Source: Mytilus californianus | Taxonomy: Eukaryota | Direction of reading: 5' to 3' | NCBI RefSeq assembly: GCF_021869535.1 | Contig: NW_026262745.1 | Location: 24,304,001-24,368,000, forward strand | DNA: 64,000 nt | Shown: one piece after another, positions 1-11,800 of the stretch | How the letters are laid out: each line of letters opens with the position of its first letter | How positions within the stretch are numbered: position 1 is the stretch's first letter | Position numbers and translations under genes: made by a program | Notes under the pieces: model-generated | The model's database searches: none | Seen by the model: the letters and a program-made list of their open reading frames with translations, nothing else | Told to the model about the DNA's origin: nothing

Positions 1-1
1 T

Positions 2-2567
2 CCAGAAAGAGTGAAAATAGGTCTAATAGGGAGATTAAGTCCAACCACACCTCCTAAGTCCCCAAACATGATAGTCACTGCAAGATCGCAGAAATCTCCA
101 TTATACATTAGAAAGGATGGGTTTGTTTCTGCGGATGAATATGATGAACTCAGACTGGAACTGACTAAGCGGGATAATGCAATTCAAGAGTTAACCAGCA
201 GGTACAGTTTGTTTGTAATTTTGAGGCATTCTGAGTTAGGAAGTTGTGTTCTGTCTTTTCTTTGTGGAAGAGATTGAGACAAAGTAGATTATATTATAAG
301 CATTCAAAATATGTTTCCTTAACTTCCAGTGACAAATATTTCATATAAATGCAGAGCGGCTGATCACATAACTATCACAGAAGGTAATTTTTATATCACA
401 CATGTTGATGATTAGATGTATTTGGTTGTCGTCTCAAAGTATTTGATTAATATGTTTTCATATGTTATATACTTTTGCTCTGCCTTAGATACACCTGTAT
501 AGAGGTTAATTAAAGAAACATTCGAATACTGCAAATAGAGTATCAGAGCGACAGTGTAAAAAGAAAAAAAAAGTAAAATGTCTGAAAACAATAGAATAAA
601 TCTACAACTGGTAAACAACTTTAAAAAAACTGAGATAAACAAAAATAAACATATATGTAACCTATCATTCAATACGGCGCATCAACCATTTTAATTACAA
701 CAAACGCTTGAGAAATAACTTAAGGCACTAGCGCAACTTTAATACATGGGTATCATGTGATACATTACAGGGTCAGTGCGTTAGCCAATCAGCATATCTA
801 TGACGGGTTTCCTACATTTAAGTACGCCAATGAAACAGTCAATTCTACTAACATAGCTGAAAAATTTGCTCTCGTGTTTGAAAACGAATGGAAGGCAGCA
901 TATGAAGATTTAGCAGACAGAGGTTATCACGATGAAGAAATTGTATATAAGTTGATGAGAGTTATTAGGGTAGGTTTTGGTATATTTATCTTTCCTCTCT
1001 TGAGCTTAATTGATGAACTCATTTCAGAAAAGGTGTCCCATGAACAAAAAAAAAGATGATATATTTCGTTTGAGAATTCTTTTTTATGTTGAAATAGTGT
1101 AAAATGTATTAATTTGTTCAAATGATTTACTATGCACACCAGGCGTAAAGTGGCATAAGGAAAACATTTCAGCTTTTGCATGATTGCCAATGAGACAGCT
1201 ATCAACCAGAGTTCATTAAATTTTCTATATTTTTTTTTCATTTTAGTATGCATATCCATTCTGTCAACAAATAGCAGAGGACCAAATAATAGAACTCATT
1301 CACACAATGGAACATCCAAACGTTCGACAAAAGAATATTTACGCTTTAGACAAGGTAATATATATTATAACAAACAAATAGCTTAAATTAACAACTCCAT
1401 TTTGTTGTGTTTTTTTCTGTTTCCTTGACAAACTTGGTTGTGTTTTATCATGTGTTGTATATATCATTCTGCATGATTTCAATGTTCATCGACGATATTT
1501 TTTTCCATATTTTTGAGAGAGAAAAAAATATTTCGTTTATTTTTATGTTGTTAAACAAACTCTTCATACCAGATATCCGTCTTCGATTATAAGACAATCG
1601 TTTAATCATTTTTTTATGTTGCAGGGATCATTGATACACGGATATAAATCCCCACTTCAATTACCATCAGGGGTTGCTACGCGGTTAGCAAAGGAATACA
1701 GGAGAGCAAGTTCTACATTGTCTGTTCCTAGTGTTATACAGGTATTCGTTCAACATTATTCATAACTTCAAAATATCAAAGCGTATACTTAATAGGACCA
1801 TTAAAATCTTATGACAGTTATAGTAATTATAAATCATGAATTGCAAGTTAACAGCAAACAAATAATTACAACTACGCATGAAATTAAATGAAATCGAGAC
1901 ATATAATATTGCGAAGAGCAACTTTAAAAGACAGCGATTCTTTTAGAGTTTTAAAACAATCTGAAAAAATGGAACATGTGATAAATACCTTATACTTACT
2001 TGTCTTTTGACGTGCATTCTACCCTCGGACAAAACCCAATTATCAATGCACATAGCACTGACCATATTTCAACTATACATCCAATAATATACACCTATTT
2101 CCCTCATAATCAGTCATTAAGTGTTGTATCATACCGAACAGAACAACTGTCTAAAAAGTCTACATACAATAAATTATATTATTATTTGTTTAGACAAATT
2201 AGAGATTAAATACATCAGATTTGGAATGCATGAACTTTAAGATCAATTTACTCATTATTGCAAATACAAAGTTTTGTTTCATTTTCAGTATTTCAAGGAA
2301 TCTACAGCTTCTAGATTAGAACTCAACTATAAAACATTGGTTTCTATGAACTCATATATTGACAAATGTGTAGAACTCATATGGTACATGTGTGTACAAG
2401 ACCCATCGATGATTTTAAGATGGCCAGATCCGGACGATGCTGTGGACCCAACAATTTTTAAATACTACAAGAAAAAAGGAACTGTTGTCAAACATGCTGT
2501 ATGGCCGGCATTATATTTACATGACGCTGGTTTAATGTTAAAACGAGGCTGCGCAAGACCTTACTAA
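2..2567 (+). CDS. G1: Mieap (mitochondria-eating protein/SPATA18-like) domain protein, 5'-partial
   Basis: Hand-spliced join(<2..201,771..969,1247..1354,1625..1741,2289..2567). All introns GT-AG, phases 2,0,0,0, no stops, 300 aa in window. Motifs STNIAEKFALVFENEWKAAYE, AYPFCQQIAEDQI, YIDKCVELIWYMCVQDPSM and VWPALYLHDAG match the Mieap-domain pattern as I recall it. A short coiled-coil-like run (DELRLELTKRDNAIQELTSR) precedes the domain. Confidence 0.85.
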
Positions 2568-4081
2568 TCTGTTCTAGTATAATCTACTGCAAGGAATCTA
2601 AATTTATTTGATTTGTTTTCTCTAAAATCATTGTTCCAAAAATTAATGCGGTTTTAATGCTTGTCTATTACAATTAGCTTTAGTCGTCTCTCTATGTTAA
2701 ACAAGCTTTTTCATTTAAACACCAAATGGAGAAACGTAAGACAAAATAATTGAAACAAAACTCTTGCATTTTATAACTATCCTCTCACTGTCTCAAATGT
2801 GCTTTAGTTTGGAAAAACTTAATATTCAGATAACTATTTGATATTCCCCTTGTGATGTAAATGAACAGTTAACACTTTCCTCAAGTCTCGAGTGTCAAAA
2901 TAAAATTATTAAGACATGGTTCTTCAAAGCAGGGACATTACTAACATTTTGGAGTATTTGCCTCAGTAAGCGCTTCGTTGCAACGATATGTGTTTCCTTT
3001 AAACGATATTTATTGATTAATCATTGTATGTTTGAGTTATATTTTAGTTAGTTTAAATTAATGAATTTCAAATGAAAGTGTGAAACTTTTGTGTTATCAT
3101 CCATGTAATTGTTATCATATCAAATAGCCATTAAAGAAATGTTCACATTGCTGTAGTGGTGGTTTTAGTCCTGTGGTAGATAAAGGAAGAAAGGCTATTA
3201 CGGTCCTTATCTTCACAATGGCCTAAACATTATATCAGATTATATCCAATTACCATATAACTCCAACTCCCTCTACACTGAATCTGCCAACAGAACTTCA
3301 ACTTTAACACAAACAGCATTGCATCTCTTTTGGGGAATGATGTATTTGGTACTGTTCTTGTAGTTACATGTACGTACTGACTCTAAATTTATTTCTTGAA
3401 ATATGATTTCTCTTGCTTTGAATTGACATGTTGGTCACAGGAAATACAAATTCTTCTCAATAAGATATCTGTTGCAAGTAAAAGAGAGGCGAAAGATACC
3501 AAAGGGACATTCAAACTTATTAAGTCGAAAAGTAATGAGTAATAAAGTTGCGTTAAAGGCACTCCATACAGAAAAAAAACAGACGACAATACAAGACGCT
3601 GTTAAAATGCATAAAGATAATCACCCGTTTAGTGTTTTATCGTTTCGTCTGATTTGATGATTAACCGATTGGAACATCATGTCTGAGTTTCGAATCACAT
3701 GGCGTGTGATGCATACATACATGAAGACGCTCTCCCTGCCGACGCACACAGTCTCGTTCCTTATAGAGGCCATGCGATTCCCTTAGTATTTTATAAGGTT
3801 GTTTTCCCTTGGTTTGTGTTTTCTTAATGGATTTGTTACATTTGATCATCGGTAAACTACTGTTACTTGAATTTATTACCACTGGATTGTTATTGCTGTT
3901 GGAATATCAGTCCCAGAGGATATCATCCGCCAAGTAGTTAGTGATTCTGTATTGGTATGATTCAGATGCTAAATTTTGTGTGTTAATCCGTTAATGAAAT
4001 AATATTATTTTATTAAAGCTTAAGTTGCAACTTCAACTTACTTCAGGTAAATATCGTACTTGACGAATTTGGCTCAGCTTC

Positions 4082-5957
4082 TTTTTAGCTCACCTTTCCT
4101 AAAAGGAAATGTGAGTTTTTGCCATCACTTGTCGTCCGTCGTCGTCCGTCCGGTGTAAACTATTTCAAACATCTTCTCCTCTGAAACTACTGAACCAATT
4201 GCAGCCAAGGTTATGCTGAATGATCCTTAGGGTAACTTATATAAAGTGTGTGTTTTATTAACAGTTTCGTAAAAAAAACATGGCCACCATAGCTAAAAAT
4301 AGAACATAGGGGTAAAATGCAGTTTTTGGCTTATATCTCAAAAAAACTAAAGCATTCAGAGCAAATCTGTCATGCGGTAAAAGTGTCACGGTCAAGAACT
4401 ACCTGCCTTGAAATTTTCAGACGAATCACAACCGATTTTTGGATTATTGCCCCTAAATTGATAATTTTAATGAAATATTGCAGTTTTTGGTTTTTATCTT
4501 GAATATTATCATAGATAAAGATAAACTGTAAACTGTAAACAGTAAAAATGTTCCGCAAAGTAAGATCTACAAATAAGTCAAAATGTCCAAAATTGTCAAT
4601 TGACCCATTAAGGAGTTGTTGCCCTTTAAAGGCAATTTTACACAATTTGTTCATCATGATTGTTAACTTTAAAAAAAATTCTCCACTGAAACTACTGAAG
4701 CAATGTCAGCTAAACTTACGCTGAATGATCCTTAGGGTATCTAGTATAAAATTTGTGTTTTATATTATGTTTCATAAAAAAACAAGGCCGCCATCGCTAT
4801 AAAAAGAACATAGGAGTAAAATGTTGTTTTCGGCTTATATCTCTAAAATAAGGTATTTGAGCAAATCTGACAATGAGTTAAAGTGTTCATATGGACAAAA
4901 TCTACCTGCCCTGAAATTTTCAGCCAAATTGGATAACTGATTTTTAGGTTATTGCCCCTGAATTGATATTTTAAAGGAAATTTTGCAGTTTTTGGTTATT
5001 ATCTTGAATATTATTATAGATAAGGATAAACTGTAAACAGTAAAAATGTTTAGTAAAGTAAGATCTACAAATAAGTCAAATGATCAAAATTGTCAATTGA
5101 CCCCTTAAGGAGTTTTTGCCCTTTAAAGGTAATTTTACATAATTTGTTCATCATGTTTGTTAGTTTCAAAAATCTTCTCTGAAACTATTGAAGCAAATTC
5201 ATCCAAAGATGGGCTGAATGAACCTTAGGATAACTAGTATGCATTGTATGTTTTATTTTCTTGTACGTCAAGAAACATGGCCACTATGGCTTAAATAGAA
5301 CAAAGGGGTAAAATGCAGTTTTGATAAAAAAAAAAAACTTTTGCTGTTTTTGGTTATTTATTTTGAATATTATCATAAATAGGGAGACACTGTAAACAGT
5401 AAAAATGTTCAGCTTCAAAACAGATATGAACCAAGATAAAAAAAACATACAAGACTAACAAAAGCTTCCTAGATGTTCCTGAATTAGGACATGCACAAAA
5501 ATTCAGCAAGTTATACATGTTTTGTAAGATTTAAACCTATCACCAATAAATTTTGTACCTCTAGCTAATGTGGAATAAATAAACACACATACAGAAAGTC
5601 TATTTAAAAAAAATAAATGTTTGTGTTTATGTTGTGCTGTAACACCACAGTCCCATGTTAAAGACAGGGTATGGATACAGTACATTAATTTTATCCCTCC
5701 TTGCACAACTCAAAATCCAATGATTTTTGTGGTTGTCATTTGTTTTTGTGTTTCATATTTGTTTTTCGTTTATTGTTTTTAGCTCACCTTTCCTAATTGC
5801 CATGCAATACTCTCAGAATGCTGGATACTATCCGCACTGGTTTGTGTCCACACTTATTAATTATACATTAAAAACTTAAAAGCAAAAGAAAAACTTTGAT
5901 GAAAATTAAAATAAAAAAATACAGGTGAGCGATTCAGGCTCTTGAGAGTCTCTTGTT
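4082..5957 (+). mobile_element. Non-autonomous Helentron/HINE (DINE-1-like) element with internal ~500-bp tandem repeats
   Basis: 5' TTTTTAGCTCACCT and 3' AGGTGAGCG sub-terminal inverted repeats, a GTCC/GTC microsatellite (4133-4151), about 2.4 internal units restarting with TCT..TGAAACTA.TGAA (about 4175, 4680, 5175), a 3' stem-loop-like end, and T-rich flanks with no TSD. A second 5' end occurs at 5777. Confidence 0.6.
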
Positions 5958-6960
5958 TTATAATGAGGCCTTTTTGGTTTAAAGATATTTATATTTTTGC
6001 TTTCATTTCATTTCTTTGGGATTTGGGCTTATCGAGGAATGTTATTCCAGAAATATGTGTTGTGCGCTTAGAACAAACATAATGTCATCTTCATTAAAAG
6101 AAAACGGGATACGGTTTAAGTTAACTTCAAATTACCAGCCAAATATCATTCTTAAAATTTCATAGTTATCATACAGTTACCTGACATATCTAATATGAAA
6201 AAATAATTATAGTGTGAAATATGTCATCTAACTTACAACTGGGTTAAGGTAAAATTAAAACCCAAGGAGTAAAAAAAGATCCAACTGAGTATATTCTGCT
6301 ATATTTTGGTACCCTCCGCAATACAGTTGAAGGAGTGAAAAGAGAACCTCGTGAGTAAATTCTGCTATATATATATGTGGTACAATTATATATGTAATGG
6401 TAACATGGTAACAAGATATACATATGCAAACAAATAATAGGAACTCAATTATCATCAATGACTTGAAAGCCTTTACAATTTTAGACTGACTGTATTCACA
6501 CAAATATAGCTTTTGTAAGAATAATGACAACTGTTTTAATTTGAGCACGACTGACGAGTCTTATGTAGACAAAACGGGCGTCTAGCGTACAAAATTATAA
6601 GCCTGGTACCTTTGATGAGGTATCAATTTATACATTGCCGAAGTACATCTAGGTCGTATCATTTTTTTTTTTTTTTTGAAAAATCGAAAACACAATGACC
6701 ACAGACATAATTTTCAGTTTTTTAAGCGCTATTAGTTTGATGGTAACGTCATCTTTATTATGGTTTTTTCTTGATTTTCGATTGGGACATAATTTAGAAT
6801 TCGAACCAAGCTTTTGGTTAACGAGTTTTCAGCTTTGTCTGGTGTTTTCATATGAAGAATTTTGTGACTTTCCGATAATAATTTGACTTTGGAGAGTAAG
6901 AGGAGTTTATATGGATTTATTGATTGTTATTGTTTAAACGCTTAGCCTACTTGCATGACC

Positions 6961-7158
6961 ATTTTCAATTGGTGCTACGATTGCCGAAGTGCCCGGAGAG
7001 AACCACTGACCTTCGATAGAAAAACTGGTAATCCCAGTCAATTTAGATTGGAAGCAAACGCACCTGTAACGTGTGGGGTTCGAACTCACAACCTCGGATT
7101 TGACAGACTAGTAATACAGTAGATAAACTACTTAGAATCACTCGGCCACCGAGGCTCC
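6961..7158 (-). mobile_element. tRNA-derived SINE fragment
   Basis: Minus strand reads GGAGCCTCGGTGGCCGAGTGA (Pol III A box, plus-strand 7139-7148) and, about 50 nt downstream, GAGTTCGAACC (B box, 7077-7087), followed by non-tRNA body sequence. No intact cloverleaf is evident. Confidence 0.65.
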
Positions 7159-8894
7159 AGAGGAGTATATAAAGATTATGTCTATTGACGATTTTGAAAA
7201 CTCGAAATCTAGGGGAGCAATTATAGTGCAGGGTTCGGGATTAACTCTGATTTTTTTACCAGTAAATACAATTAGATCATGTACAATATTTGTTATCTGT
7301 TCATTGCTTACATGATTTAGACTGAATGTTGGTATAAGGTGATGATCAATTGCTGGTGAGACAGACATAAAAAACGAACAAATTATGCTTCCAGTCTATA
7401 TCTATTTTGGTACATAAAAGAGGGACGAAAGATACCAGAGGGACAGTCAATGCAGTAATGTCTAAGTTTAATACGAGTAGAAAATTTTCAAAAGGTCAAT
7501 ATGCTTAATCAATAACAAGATAGATGCTGATCACAGAAATGATGATAGCAATATACCTTCTTACCCATGTCCAAGGCAAATGACATAAAATTATTCAAAC
7601 AAAACTAAATGAAATCTTTCTACTTGTGAAATTTATTTCTTTAATAATTTTTTCTGTCATTAATGCAGTTCTTCGCAACGAAATTTATAACTTGTCAAAA
7701 TCAAAATGCTTTAAAGTTTGCAACAAACTAAATGATAAACTGCATGTTATGCTGATAGTCGATGTTTATGTATTGTGCAACTTTGAAATAGCCAAAAAAA
7801 AATGATTTTTATAGTTTAAAAAACAATAGTTAAAAGGACAAAATATCTGTTTAAAATACATGCAGGTCTTCTGGTTGTAAAATAACTGTTTAAATATAAC
7901 GAAATGTCAACCGTTTATTTTGGTATTGTTTAATTGTAAATTAATCACTTGTATTGTAGCGAAACGAACTTACTCGTTCAAAATGGTAACTTTGGTAAAG
8001 GCGATATCTAATTTCATTGTTTATTAATAATATAAAGTCCACACCATTTTGTTTTTGATTTGGCATGTATTCGTAAAATACGAATCAATAAACAAATGAA
8101 CGGTGAGTATTTTATATGAAATGTACAAAATTTGTGTTATTTATTGAAAAAAAATGTAGAGCTTAGATTTTTTTCAGTATACCGGGAAACATGTTATTAT
8201 AGTCTTACTAAGAAAACCAATGGCATTTACATTTCCACTTTGAATACAAAATGGAAGCTGTTATCGTAAAGGACGATAAAAAAAATCGAGACCTTTCATG
8301 GTAAAGCAATAAACTGCATCTTTTTGTATTTTCATAGTGTTTTAAAGCACTAACAGTAGAGCAAGCACCTTACAGTTATGCACATGTCTATCACATCGAT
8401 ATGAAATTGCAAATAAATTCATCGCTATATTACACACTATAAAAACTGGATGCAACACTGTTATTTTACAAAGTGCATTAACTGAACTCACGATTAGTAA
8501 CACTACTAAAGGACATTAATATCGCGTTTTTCTTGATTTACCGTCATCAGGAATGCTCAAACCTAAACACTTGAAAGTCAGGGATGTGTAAATATGACAC
8601 ATTAAGAGCTATATGACCGAAAGGGACCTAAATAAAATAGCCAAATTCTTCTAAAGTAAACTTTGTCTGAGGAGTTGGAATCTTAGTTTTTTTAACAATT
8701 TCCTAATTATTTCGTAAAGTACTGTTAAAAATTCATATACACTATACGGAAACCTTTAAAGTACAGTATGCTACAAGTATATGTTATATTGTATGTTGTA
8801 TTTTTGTGTTGTTTAGTCGCTCTGACAAGGACGTATACCGATAGTCTGATATTAATCATACGTTTTTTAAATCGTCAAAGTATCTAATTGGCAG

Positions 8895-11800
8895 ATGGAA
8901 GTCACGATATTCCGAGAATTGGAAGATTTTCTTGACCCCTTTCTGGATCCACAGAATGGACCAGTTCGTCCGGACAAGATGATGGCAGGCAGGGCATTAA
9001 TTGCGCTAGATGCTTTGATTAAAAACATGCCTGGTGTTACAGAAGACAGGGTAAGTAAAAAAAATCCATACGAATTAACTATACACCTCTGTCTAATTCT
9101 CATCAAGATAGCATATCATATTCAATACAGGACACAATACAAGTTAGCAATAATTTGAGATTCGTTAGTGTAGATGAAATGACAAGCGATCAATAAGAAA
9201 TACATACTCTAAATATAAACTTATCTTGATGTTACGATGGAACTATCATTTTACGGCTTATAGTGATACTGATGATCTAGTGTAACATAACAATATATGT
9301 TACTTTTCAATTGTTTTCATTACTTTTTTAAATACATTTTATATCAGGCTGTGAAGAATTTATTTTGGTTCGAAACTGTTAATTTCTGTGCTGACAATCG
9401 AAAATAGTATGCTCACATATGTTAAGACAAATACTGTTATAATTAAGTTTCGATTCTTGTAATAAAGCATTATAAAAGATGTTAATTGCCAGCAACTGAA
9501 TTGGTTTTTTTAACAATAATAATGTACAAAAACAAGTTTAAAACGTTCATAAACGTAAATCCTAGTAATCTATCTCCTACTTGACTACACATACAGGTAG
9601 AATCACTAAAGATTATGTTACAAGAAGCAATGAGGGGACGGTGGACATCTATGGACATGAGAATAGATGACGCAGTAGATCAATTCAATGAGATCAAACG
9701 AATGGCATTTGATGAGGTAAATAAACAAAATAATATATATCACTTACTGAATTTGATTTTTTTTTTGAGTAATCTGACCATACTGTTTCATTAAACTCTT
9801 TAAGTTGAACAATTAAAGATGGTTTTCAATGAAATAAATTATTCTTGATTTAAAAACCCAATGTAAAGTACATGTATATGGAAATGAACGTATTCACCAT
9901 AAAGCAATTAATATTATCATTCTTAACCTTTGCAATAAATCTGTAATTGCTCCTATAAATAAATAAATTTACGTAGATATAAAATTGAAACACAATTGAA
10001 ACATAACATATTTCTATCTGCATTTTCTATATTGCCAGGCTGTGCCAATTTCTACAGCTATTTATCTTTATTATAGCGCATATTGCACGACAGTAAACCA
10101 CAGTATTTATACAGCACCTCAAAGTCCAAATCTGCAAATCATCAAATATCACCTCGACCACTGTCAAAAAGACCGGCATATATTGACGGATTCACATTGA
10201 AAAATAAACCATCAGACAATGACGTTATAAACGCTGAAGGAACAGGAAGTGTTTTCAATATGAAAACGAGGATCAACAGAAACCCTGATGACCCTCTGAA
10301 TAGAGAGTTCACATTAGATGTAATAAGGCCAGGCACCAAAATACCACCTCCAACAGGACAAGACCTCGTCAACCGAAATACACTAATAAAAGAAGAGTAC
10401 AAAGACATGAAAAGCAGGTAATATAGACATAAATTTGCTTGCTCCTCTTATTGACGTGAAACTATGTTTCCCAAAGCATGCTCGACTTATTTAAACAGTT
10501 TTTATCCATAATAATTATCATTTGAAATGTCATCAATTTTAATGTACTTGAACAGATTTTCAAAATATACTATAGTTTTAATTTATCATAAAGTCGAACA
10601 ATAACTTCCTTATAGAAAGTAAGTATATATGACATCATATTCATGTTGCATTCAAAATTCTTGGCTTGAAATGCCTCCAATTGCTATATTTTTTTAGTAT
10701 AGCGTGTCCATTTTGCAGATAAATATAAAGAGGATAATGAAGCAAAAAGTAGTTTTAGAATAAAAATAGTCGACAAAAACTAGAGAGATTAAACAATGCA
10801 AACGTCACTACAATACAAGCGGGTGGTCCAGAAGAGTAAACAGATCCTGCTACTTTTGGCACCTTTCGGGTTACTCTTGACATTTAACGGTTACAAGATG
10901 TCATGATGCATCTTACCATCATTGAAAGTATCTGTAGGTACATGTACACCTTACTTCTAGTCTAACGAAGTGATTACAATTTTTCCCAAAATATCAATAC
11001 GTGCATTTTATTACAGATATAGCGAACTCCGGATTCCTGCAACAGTCCCCGAAATTTCAACACGTTCCTATATTCCATCTCAGGTGCTAACAAATAACCC
11101 AACCAAAATTGCTGATCTATTTACCAAACTGTTTGATGTGGAATGGGCTGATGCTTTTGAACAAGTCTGCAGAAATCGAATAGGTGTACCTGAAGTAAAG
11201 ATAATTGTCGATTTAGCCGATATACTGAAGGCAAGTAAATTGTATGATACATATGAAATAGGTTTCTCACGTAAATAGTCTTTTAAATTTGTTCACCATC
11301 TTTTCTTACTCGGGTCGAATAGAGCCTGTCGTATTGTGAAGACACTTGTGTATGTTAAACTATAGGTTCAATGTATCCTTTGGTTATATGTGACATTGGG
11401 TGTCTACGTCATTGATGTATACCCCACATGTGGGGACGGCCAATTGATTTTCTCGGATATTCAGGATATTTCGCAAATGAAGTATTCATTTTATCCTGTT
11501 GCTATGCCGGCTTATGTAATTGGTGCAGCTGTGCTTTTCGGTTTTGTACAAAATTATTTGCTGCATTTCGTGGAGATATCTGTACTGATTCAATTTTGGA
11601 AAATATATCGGAAAATATATTTTTGTATGTGTGTTCTAATGCATTATTGTAAGCGTTATAGACATTATTGTGTGTGTTTGTGTATTGAGATATATCGACT
11701 TAAACTGCTTCCATTGTCTCTAATTCAGAAATCCTTTCAATATACCCGTGAAGAAGCAAGAAACTTGATTGACAGCATGGCATTAAGAGTTCACGATACC

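Noticed and set aside
1625-1741. Apparent frameshift in G1 exon 4
   Set aside because: Recounting the C and G runs gives 117 nt, open in phase 0.
7077-7158. Functional tRNA gene
   Set aside because: A and B boxes are present, but there is no complete cloverleaf and the sequence runs into a SINE-like body.
8096-8108. Upstream coding exon of G2 (ATG AAC G|GTGAGT)
   Set aside because: Phase 1 is incompatible with the phase-0 acceptor at 8895. At most it is a 5' UTR exon with a short uORF, which is unverifiable here.
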